Shown here piece by piece: positions 1 to 6,828 of a stretch of 40,000 nucleotides of DNA (positions are counted from its first letter, which is position 1; every line of letters begins with the position of its first letter). Below the pieces are notes generated by a model, which searched no databases, was not told the DNA's origin, and saw only the letters and a program-made list of their open reading frames with translations. This DNA is from Bacillus phage 031MP002, in the sequence record MN176224.1; one strand, written 5' to 3'. A program made the translations under genes and the position numbers.

Positions 1-33
1 ACGACACTCATACGAAAAAGGGGGAAAGAGAGC

Positions 34-567
34 ATGGCACAGAAAAAGGTCAAAGAAGAGAAGCAACACCATAGAGAAGCCTTTGAATTGTATTATGTTC
101 TGCCTGAAGACAAGAGAAGCATCAGGGAAGTGGCGAGACAGCTAGGTAAAGCGCCATCCACGATACAATGTTGGGCAGATAGCTTTAACTGGAAAGAGCG
201 TGTAGAAATCCGTGACGCAAACGTGAAGCGGCAGTTCAAAGAGATACAGAAGCAGAACGATGACACGCTAGTCAGCATCAAGGCATCCTTCCACAAGATA
301 CTGAAAGTGATGATTGCTAACGCCATCGAAGACATCAAGAAGGGCAAGCTGAGAGTCGATAACGTCAATGAGCTGGTACGCATCATGGAACTAGACCTGA
401 AGCTACTTGGTGAAGACGATAGACAAGCACAAAATAACTTCAATGCAGTCGTAGAAGCCCTGAAAACATCCGCTGAAATGTTCGGCATGGACATGAGCGG
501 CGTAGAATATGACGGCAACGACAGACCTGAAGGTGATGAAGATGAAGACGACAGCGAAGAAGATTGA
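34..567 (+). CDS. terS: Phage terminase small subunit (HTH N-terminus)
   Basis: N-terminal HTH-like 'DKRSIREVARQLGKAPSTIQCWA', acidic C-terminus, immediately upstream of and overlapping the large terminase ORF; RBS-like GGGGGAAAGAG upstream. Confidence 0.8.
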   Translation: MAQKKVKEEKQHHREAFELYYVLPEDKRSIREVARQLGKAPSTIQCWADSFNWKERVEIRDANVKRQFKEIQKQNDDTLVSIKASFHKILKVMIANAIEDIKKGKLRVDNVNELVRIMELDLKLLGEDDRQAQNNFNAVVEALKTSAEMFGMDMSGVEYDGNDRPEGDEDEDDSEED

Positions 568-1855
568 TAAGAGTTCCCCACAGTGGAAGGCTATGAAGGT
601 CAAACCCTTCAGCCCTCCGCAGATGCGGGCACTAGCACTATCCACAGCACCATTCAACCTATGGGATGGGTCAATCCGTAGCGGAAAGACCTTTTTGTCG
701 ATTCTATGGCTGATTCAAACGAACCAAGAATGCCCTTCAGGTGACGGCATGATACTAGGGCAAACACCTGAGACAATCGAGCGTAACTTCCTCACTACAT
801 TCATGGAGACACTAGGCGAATCAAACTACCACTACAGGCAGGGGAAAACGCTAGACGTTTACTATTACGTTGGTAACGAGCGGAAGAAACGCCGCTACCA
901 TATCATAGGCGCAAAGGACAAGACAGCCATCGGTCGTATCCGTGGTTCAACGGTCATGATAGGTTATGTAGACGAGGGGTCGCTTATACCACAGCAAGTA
1001 TTCGATGAGTTTGTAGGGCGGCTATCCTCAGCACATGCCAAGTGCCTAGTTACAACGAACCCTGACAGCCCGAATCACTGGCTACTTAAAGACTACGTGG
1101 AGAATCCTGAAGCATCTAAGGACTGGCGGCGCTTCCGCTTCCTCCTAGAAGACAACCTTTCCCTAGACCAAGAATATATTGACCGTATCAAGCGGCAGTA
1201 CAGAGGAATCCCAGCCCGCTATCAACGGATGATAAAAGGGAAATGGGTCAAAGCTGAAGGACTGATATACCAAGAGTTCGATGAGAAACGGCATGTGGTC
1301 GATGACCCGCCACAGGATGCAAGGCTGAAGAAACTGTTCATCGGTTCTGACTACGGCGTAGGAAACCCTACTACTTTTCTATTGATTGGTGAATATATCC
1401 ACGAAAGGAAGAAGAAATATTATATACTTAAAGAGTATTACTACAGCGGCAGAGAAACGATGGTGAACAAGACGACCTCACAGTACGCTGAAGACTTCGT
1501 TAAATTCATAAAAGGGCACAAGGCATTCGAAGTGGTTATTGACCCATCAGCGGCGGCGCTCATCACTGAATTAGAACTGGACAAGTACAAGAGAGCGGCA
1601 GGCGTCTTCTATGATGTCGTTACTGCCAATAACTCAGTGCTTGAAGGGATACAGACAGTGGCGAACATGTTTGCGGATGACGCTTTATTCGTTTGCAGAA
1701 GGTGCGAACACACCATTGAAGAACTGGGGCTTTACTCTTGGGATGAGAAGGCGCAAGCGCAGGGCGAAGACAAGCCTGTGAAAGAGGATGACCATTGCAT
1801 GGACGCCATGAGGTACGCAATACTGACGATCATAGGCACATACGGTGAGTATTAA
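509..1855 (+). CDS. terL: Phage terminase large subunit (start probably downstream of 509)
   Basis: Walker A-like 'GSIRSGKTFLSI', 'VMIGYVDEGSLI' Walker B region, nuclease-domain 'IGSDYGVGNPTTFLL' and 'VIDPSAAAL'; position next to terS. The exact start is uncertain because the ORF overlaps terS. Confidence 0.93.
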   Translation: MTATTDLKVMKMKTTAKKIDKSSPQWKAMKVKPFSPPQMRALALSTAPFNLWDGSIRSGKTFLSILWLIQTNQECPSGDGMILGQTPETIERNFLTTFMETLGESNYHYRQGKTLDVYYYVGNERKKRRYHIIGAKDKTAIGRIRGSTVMIGYVDEGSLIPQQVFDEFVGRLSSAHAKCLVTTNPDSPNHWLLKDYVENPEASKDWRRFRFLLEDNLSLDQEYIDRIKRQYRGIPARYQRMIKGKWVKAEGLIYQEFDEKRHVVDDPPQDARLKKLFIGSDYGVGNPTTFLLIGEYIHERKKKYYILKEYYYSGRETMVNKTTSQYAEDFVKFIKGHKAFEVVIDPSAAALITELELDKYKRAAGVFYDVVTANNSVLEGIQTVANMFADDALFVCRRCEHTIEELGLYSWDEKAQAQGEDKPVKEDDHCMDAMRYAILTIIGTYGEY

Positions 1856-1870
1856 GAGGGGGAAGAAAGC

Positions 1871-2071
1871 ATGACTGAACCGCTCAACAACACAGAGAGA
1901 AAAGCGGCTAAACGTACTATGGCGATAGTATTGATAGTTCTATGGATTGCCTTTCTGACGGGCATTCTAGGCTATCATCCATATCACAAGGGAAGACCAC
2001 CACAGCACATAGAACACAAGGTGAATGAACTGGAAAAGAACGATGCTAAACAAACGCAGAGAGGGGAATAA
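1871..2071 (+). CDS. Small single-TM protein of unknown function
   Basis: 66 aa, one hydrophobic segment 'MAIVLIVLWIAFLTGILGY', RBS GAGGGGGAAG upstream. Confidence 0.6.
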   Translation: MTEPLNNTERKAAKRTMAIVLIVLWIAFLTGILGYHPYHKGRPPQHIEHKVNELEKNDAKQTQRGE

Positions 2072-2076
2072 TAAAG

Positions 2077-3762
2077 ATGCCTTACAAATTACCTGAGTGG
2101 AAAGAATGGACAGACGAAGTTATTGAGGATACCCACGGGAAGGTACGCTTATACAGAGACTTATTCTATGGACGCCATGCAGAAGTGTTCCAGCGTGCTA
2201 AAGACCTGCTTGAAGAGGGGGAAATCACAGACAACCTGAGAAACGGGCGCACTGTAGCGAAGCAAGGCAACGTGAAGACGCCTTATATTATCGCAAACGG
2301 GACAAAGATCATATGCAAAGTGCCTGCTACCATGGTGAGTAGAGCCATCGGCACGCTGTCCCTGAATGAAGATCAAGAATTCCCCGCTTCAGCCGTAGAA
2401 GGTGACGTAAAGCCTGATGACAACGGCGAGAATGCAGAAGGTGAAGGGGTCGTTTATCTATCTGACATCCTTGAAGACATTGAGCGGCAGAGCGGATTCC
2501 GTAGAGGGGCGCATTACAGTAATATTCTACAGCAACAGATTGATGGCGGGATTGTAGGTATCCCAGTGATGGATGACAACGGCGTCAGAATCGAGTTCAA
2601 AAAGCGTGAGGTGTACTACCCACACGAAGACGGGCTAGGTTGTGACCTTGTATTCGTCCGAACCCTTGAAAACCTAGAGGGGGAAATGGAAGACTTCCTT
2701 CATGTCCACCGACAACGGGTGGAAGACGCTGTTCTGACTATTACAGAAAACCTGTACCGCTTAAATGACACGAAGACAGAAGCGGTAGAAGAAGCTGAAG
2801 CGATGCAGATACTTGAAGTGGACACGCTAGAGCGAACATTTGCAGGGCGTACAGAGCCTATCGCCGTTTACTGGGCGAATGAGCCTACGTTTGACTACCC
2901 GCTTGGCATTTCAGCCATTGACGGGCAGGAAAGCAAGCAGGATGAAATAAACTGGACACTGACACGTAACGCCATTACTTTTGAGCGGAACGGTAAGCCA
3001 CGTATCGCAGTCAATAAGAACGTCATGAGCGCCCTGAAGCACAAAGCCTTCGAACGGTACGGCGATGAATCAGTGATCGACCATAGAGACATGGAAATTG
3101 TTCAGATGGACGAGAAGACAGGGAAGTCAATCGAGATTATCCAAGTCGATGTCACAAAGATTGGAGACATCAAGTGGATTAAAGACCTTCTGAAGCTAAT
3201 GTTTGCAGAAACAGAAACATCAGACAAGGCAATTGACTATGATCTGAGTGAAGGCGGCGGCTCTTCAGCGCAAACAGGGGTCGCTAAATTCTACGATCTA
3301 TTCACATCCATCTTGAAGGCTGAACGACTAATCGAAGAGTACGTTGACTTCCTTCAGGAATTGGTCGAGAACTGTTTTTGGCTCATGTCACAAGACCCTA
3401 AGTATCAAGATATTAAAGTGACACGCCCGTCAGTGCATGTTAAAGACGTTATCCCAACCACAAACAAAGAGAAAATCGAAACTGAAGTATCTGCTGTTAG
3501 CGGTGGCGTGCGTTCGAAAGAGAAAGCGGTACGCAATATCAATGACCGTGACTCTGATGATGCCATTGAGCAGGAATTGGAACGCATCGAAGAGGATAAG
3601 AGTTCAGTGAATAGCAACAGCGCCGCACCACTAGCCCTAAACAACATTCAGAGCATGTTGGACAACCCTAATTCACGTGAAACTGGGTCACAGGGCACGC
3701 AGGCACAAGAAACAGCCACAGAAAACGCAGAGAATGGGGCAGGATTGACCGCAAATGAGTAA
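2077..3762 (+). CDS. Phage portal protein
   Basis: 561 aa, position between terL and minor head protein, portal-like organisation and acidic C-terminal tail. Confidence 0.85.
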   Translation: MPYKLPEWKEWTDEVIEDTHGKVRLYRDLFYGRHAEVFQRAKDLLEEGEITDNLRNGRTVAKQGNVKTPYIIANGTKIICKVPATMVSRAIGTLSLNEDQEFPASAVEGDVKPDDNGENAEGEGVVYLSDILEDIERQSGFRRGAHYSNILQQQIDGGIVGIPVMDDNGVRIEFKKREVYYPHEDGLGCDLVFVRTLENLEGEMEDFLHVHRQRVEDAVLTITENLYRLNDTKTEAVEEAEAMQILEVDTLERTFAGRTEPIAVYWANEPTFDYPLGISAIDGQESKQDEINWTLTRNAITFERNGKPRIAVNKNVMSALKHKAFERYGDESVIDHRDMEIVQMDEKTGKSIEIIQVDVTKIGDIKWIKDLLKLMFAETETSDKAIDYDLSEGGGSSAQTGVAKFYDLFTSILKAERLIEEYVDFLQELVENCFWLMSQDPKYQDIKVTRPSVHVKDVIPTTNKEKIETEVSAVSGGVRSKEKAVRNINDRDSDDAIEQELERIEEDKSSVNSNSAAPLALNNIQSMLDNPNSRETGSQGTQAQETATENAENGAGLTANE

Positions 3763-3775
3763 GGAGGGGTAAGAC

Positions 3776-4861
3776 ATGGCAGACAGAGAAAACCCGCTCA
3801 CAGAGGACGGAAACGTTTTTGAGGATGAAGACAGAACACTAGCCCTAATTCAATCAGTTGTCGCCAAGATCATGGAGCATGTACTTTCTTTGGATGACAT
3901 CACGAACGACAAGAAGAAAAACGCCATGTTCCAAGCTGTCTTGAACCTACTCGACCAATTAGGAATTGCAATCATGGAAGTCTTCCCACAGGAAATCGCC
4001 ACAGCTTACACAGCAGGGCACAATACGGGGGCTTCCTTCCTCCGTGATGCAGGTATGGACACAGCACAGATCACGGGCAACCTAAAGGACAGAGTACACG
4101 CTCAGGCAGTGCAGGAGATAGCCACACAAGGGTACGATGATCTGCAAGCCGCTCTAAGGACAGCGGGGGAACTATTCATAGCTGGAATAGGGGCTACGCT
4201 CACGGAGATACAAGACAAGATAGCAGAGGGCATTCTTCTAGGGCAGACAACGAAGACAATCACAGCCGCAGTACAGCAGAAGTTCCTTGAACAAGGGCTG
4301 ACCTCATTCATCACTAGGGACGGAAAGCGCCTGCCGCTGGATTTTTACGCCATGACTGTGACAAGAACCAAGGTAAGGGACGCACACACTCAGGGCGCAG
4401 TGAAGAGGTACGAAGAAAACGGGGTTGATCTTGTCCGCTTCCCTACACGAAGCCACACTTGTAAGATATGCGGGGAACGGGAGCGGCTAGTGGTATCCAT
4501 CAGCGGCAAAACAGAAGGCTACCCCACAGTAGAGGAAATCGGGGGCTTACCTCCGTGGCATCCGAACTGTAGACATTACCCTATGCCTGTCATTGACGCT
4601 TCAGATTATCCACCTGTCCCGTTTACAGGGCGTGATATGCGGAGCGCTGAATCTAAAGAGGTATACAAGAATGAACAAGCTATCAGAGTGAAGGCAAACA
4701 ACGAAAAGAAACTGTACCTAAAGATGAAGGCTGAAGCAGAAGCTAGGGGCGAATCATTCCCGTCCATTGGCGTGTGGCGGCGCAAGAAACGCAAGAATGA
4801 CGAAGAGTGGAAGACCCTTCAGAAGAACTATCGAGATAGTATTAAAAATATTCCAAGTTAG
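3776..4861 (+). CDS. Phage minor head protein (SPP1 gp7 / Mu F-like)
   Basis: C-terminal 'RTKVRDAHTQGAVKRY...CKICGERE...GLPPWHPNCRHYPMPVI' typical of the minor head protein family. Confidence 0.85.
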   Translation: MADRENPLTEDGNVFEDEDRTLALIQSVVAKIMEHVLSLDDITNDKKKNAMFQAVLNLLDQLGIAIMEVFPQEIATAYTAGHNTGASFLRDAGMDTAQITGNLKDRVHAQAVQEIATQGYDDLQAALRTAGELFIAGIGATLTEIQDKIAEGILLGQTTKTITAAVQQKFLEQGLTSFITRDGKRLPLDFYAMTVTRTKVRDAHTQGAVKRYEENGVDLVRFPTRSHTCKICGERERLVVSISGKTEGYPTVEEIGGLPPWHPNCRHYPMPVIDASDYPPVPFTGRDMRSAESKEVYKNEQAIRVKANNEKKLYLKMKAEAEARGESFPSIGVWRRKKRKNDEEWKTLQKNYRDSIKNIPS

Positions 4862-4863
4862 TG

Positions 4864-4892
4864 TTGACTATAATAAACTACCATGTTATTAT
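4864..4892 (+). promoter_or_regulatory. Extended -10 sigma-A-type promoter with TTGACTATAATAAA operator-like element
   Basis: TTGACT (4864-4869), 17-nt spacer, TGt-TATTAT (TG 4884-4885, -10 at 4887-4892); directly precedes the non-coding region. Confidence 0.85.
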
Positions 4893-4898
4893 TAACTC

Positions 4899-5601
4899 AT
4901 CGCTAAGGCGATACAAAATGTACAGCCACTTATTGGCGGCTTTCATTTCCATCTTTTTATGGTCAAGTTGGTGGCATGAGCAGACCACGGCGAATTCGGT
5001 TACTGGAATTTCCGAACGCTGAATAGGCTCACAAACAGTAGGGGCACGGCTGAAAGCGGCTCAAAGTATCAGCGCTGATCTTTTGCAATGTATCTTTGAA
5101 TTACGGACAGATTGTTATATGATCTCTCATCAAACTAATTCACTTGACAACTCGGAAAGACGAGTCGTTCTATCAGGCGTGCTGATAGCGGTGTAACACT
5201 CCATCGCAAACAAATAGCGGCTCGACTATAACGAGGGTAAAAAAGCGTTGCATGTGCGTTACAATGGGGCGATTTTCTTCGATCTGTTTTAACCCTTACC
5301 TAAAACAGTGGGTTCTACTCACGAACTCAAACTGAGCGTCTAGGAAACAGACGTAAAAGGCAACCACTCGTTTAAAATCTATATTCATCATCCACACAAG
5401 AATAGTATCTTTCGATTCGTTTGTTACCGCATCGAACCGAACTTAATGATTTTGTGAATACACTGCCGACCTTTGACGGCTATCCCTGAGAAGCGCCCCA
5501 GAAACGCATTCGATGGGCTGAAAAAGAATAGATAAGGGCGATACGGCGCAACCGTAGAACCCCCGCTTGAATCAATGAGGTGAGTCGGCGGGGCTTTATT
5601 T
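4899..5601 (+). ncRNA. Large structured non-coding RNA candidate (~700 nt), GOLLD/ROOL-like by size and context; family not assigned
   Basis: Own promoter at 4864-4892; no ORF of at least 60 aa; many local hairpins, e.g. ATCGC/GCGAT 4899-4912, CGGCG..TTCGG/CCGAACGCTG 4988-5021, ATCAGCGCTGAT 5068-5079, ACTCG/CGAGT 5150-5165, CTATCAG/CTGATAG 5170-5188, CTGTTTT/AAAACAG 5284-5308, CGTCT/AGACG 5337-5353, TTCGAT/ATCGAA 5411-5436, TACGG/CCGTA 5542-5556; terminator-like CCCCGC/GCGGGG + CTTTATTT 5561-5601. Confidence 0.72.
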
Positions 5602-5611
5602 ACAGGGCACG

Positions 5612-5759
5612 CTCCTTGGTAGCCTGTTTAAAGGTTCTATAAAACGCTTTACACGTGGGACACCCATCCCCTGATACCCACCACGTGCTAAAGCTACCAC
5701 GGCATGGTATTTCAGTCATGCGTATAGACCTTTTAAACAGCCTATCAAGGGGCTTTTTT
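5612..5759 (+). ncRNA. Near-continuous long hairpin RNA with U tract (independent small RNA or 3' domain of the upstream RNA)
   Basis: Outer arms CTCCTTGGTAGCCTGTTTAAAGGTTCTATA (5612-5641) and TATAGACCTTTTAAACAGCCTATCAAGGGG (5723-5752) pair almost throughout; inner stem GCTTTACACGTGG (5646-5658)/CCACGTGCTAAAGC (5681-5694); side hairpin TACCA/TGGTA (5695-5709); TTTTTT at 5754-5759. Confidence 0.6.
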
Positions 5760-5794
5760 CGTTTTCTGAAGTGTGTTAAAATGATTTTGGTAAA

Positions 5795-5907
5795 CTTGAT
5801 CAACACATTAGCTACTGATGATATTCCCGTATCATCAAACAGAAAGTATGATCTAAAAAGGCATACGGAAGAAAAGAGCGTAGGTTGCCGCCTGCGCTTT
5901 TTATTTT
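5795..5907 (+). ncRNA. Small RNA candidate with terminator
   Basis: Extended -10 'TGTTAAAAT' near 5780-5788; hairpin GATGATA-TTCCCG-TATCATC; terminator GCGTAGG (5878-5884)/CCTGCGC (5891-5897) + TTTTTATTTT. Confidence 0.4.
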
Positions 5908-5973
5908 GTTCAGATACCTAAACCATTAGGAGAGGTTCTGAAGTCGCTCAGATCAAACGAGAGCATTAAAAAA

Positions 5974-5994
5974 GCACCCTCTAGGGGCGCTCTC
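5974..5994. terminator. Rho-independent terminator, likely for the reverse lipoprotein gene
   Basis: GCACCC-TCTAG-GGGCGC hairpin with A/T-rich flanks on both sides, abutting the 5995 stop. Confidence 0.6.
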
Positions 5995-6522
5995 TTATTT
6001 TATATCAACTTTTATTTGACTGCTTTCATTGTACGTGTAGGATTCAGTGTCTACGGTTAACATATCAAGAACTAATTCTTTCTTCAAGGTAGGAATGTGT
6101 TCCCCTTCCTCATAGCTCGCAATTGTCAACTCAACGTCTGCCGCTTTGCCTGCCTGAATCTCTTGATACATCGTAATCATTTCAGCGCTTACCATCTTAC
6201 CGTCAAAGGACACGCTGTTTGCTGATACTGCGATAGTGTCAGACCGTTTGTTCTTCACCTGCACCTTTACGCTATACGTGTCACCGAATACAACGTCTTC
6301 TTTCCGCTCTACGCTGATGACTTTAGCGTCAATGTTGTCTGTGGACACTGCGGGCGCATTTACAGTGATGCCGCTATCCTCTTTTTTCGGTTTCTCCTGC
6401 TTATCTACCTGTTTTTGTTCACTGACCTTTTTCTCATCAGCGGGCTGAGTGTCGCCACATGCCGCCAATCCTCCTACTACCAATAATGACATACCTACTA
6501 CTGCTAATCTTCTAATTAACAT
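5995..6522 (-). CDS. Phage-encoded lipoprotein with extracellular beta-sandwich-like (DUF4352-like) domain
   Basis: Lipobox 'VVGGLAAC' after signal peptide, charged linker 'EKKVSEQKQVDKQEKPKKEDSG', then 'KVISVERKEDVVFGDTYSVKVQVKNKRSDTIAVSANSVSF'. Confidence 0.8.
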   Translation of the reverse strand: MLIRRLAVVGMSLLVVGGLAACGDTQPADEKKVSEQKQVDKQEKPKKEDSGITVNAPAVSTDNIDAKVISVERKEDVVFGDTYSVKVQVKNKRSDTIAVSANSVSFDGKMVSAEMITMYQEIQAGKAADVELTIASYEEGEHIPTLKKELVLDMLTVDTESYTYNESSQIKVDIK

Positions 6523-6555
6523 TCTTGTTTCCTCCTTGGGGTTTTGATAGGTTTA

Positions 6556-6584
6556 ATCATACATCAGTAGTTTATTAGAGTCAA
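6556..6584 (-). promoter_or_regulatory. Reverse promoter with TTGACTCTAATAAA element for the lipoprotein
   Basis: Reverse complement: TTGACT (6579-6584), 17-nt spacer, TATGAT (6556-6561). Confidence 0.75.
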
Positions 6585-6604
6585 CCCTTATTTATGACAA
6601 AATA

Positions 6605-6790
6605 AAAAGAACACCGATTGCAGTCGGTGCCCAAAAATAAAAGGTAGGTAGCTTCTACTTAAAGCTAGAGTGTTGGGCGCAGGTTTTCCACGCCTACGCC
6701 CCGTCTTACCAAATAAAGGAGGTGATAAGAACCCGTATACATCGCCATATACAAGCTTCGCACGGGATGTGTTATCACTACTAGAGTAAC
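6605..6790 (-). ncRNA. Reverse-strand small RNA candidate containing a 16S rRNA 3'-end (anti-SD) mimic
   Basis: Promoter on minus strand (TTGACA 6818-6823; -10 near 6794-6801); stem GGGCGTAGG/CCTGCGCCC; anti-SD-like ATCACCTCCTTT (complement of 6715-6726); terminator CACCGA/TCGGTG (6612-6629) followed by TTCTTTTTATT. Confidence 0.6.
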
Positions 6791-6793
6791 TTC

Positions 6794-6823
6794 ATGATAT
6801 ACCAAGGTATTTACTGATGTCAA
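6794..6823 (-). promoter_or_regulatory. Reverse promoter with TTGACATCAGTAAA element
   Basis: TTGACA (6818-6823) plus TATATC (spacer 16) or TATCAT (spacer 18). Confidence 0.6.
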
Positions 6824-6828
6824 CTGTT

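Noticed and set aside
4899-5759. Firm assignment to GOLLD or ROOL
   Set aside because: I cannot run covariance models and do not recognise diagnostic motifs with certainty; only size, promoter/terminator arrangement, hairpin density and phage context support similarity.
5655-5921. 88-aa plus-strand ORF
   Set aside because: It runs through two predicted terminators and several hairpins, has no convincing RBS, and the protein shows no domain-like pattern.
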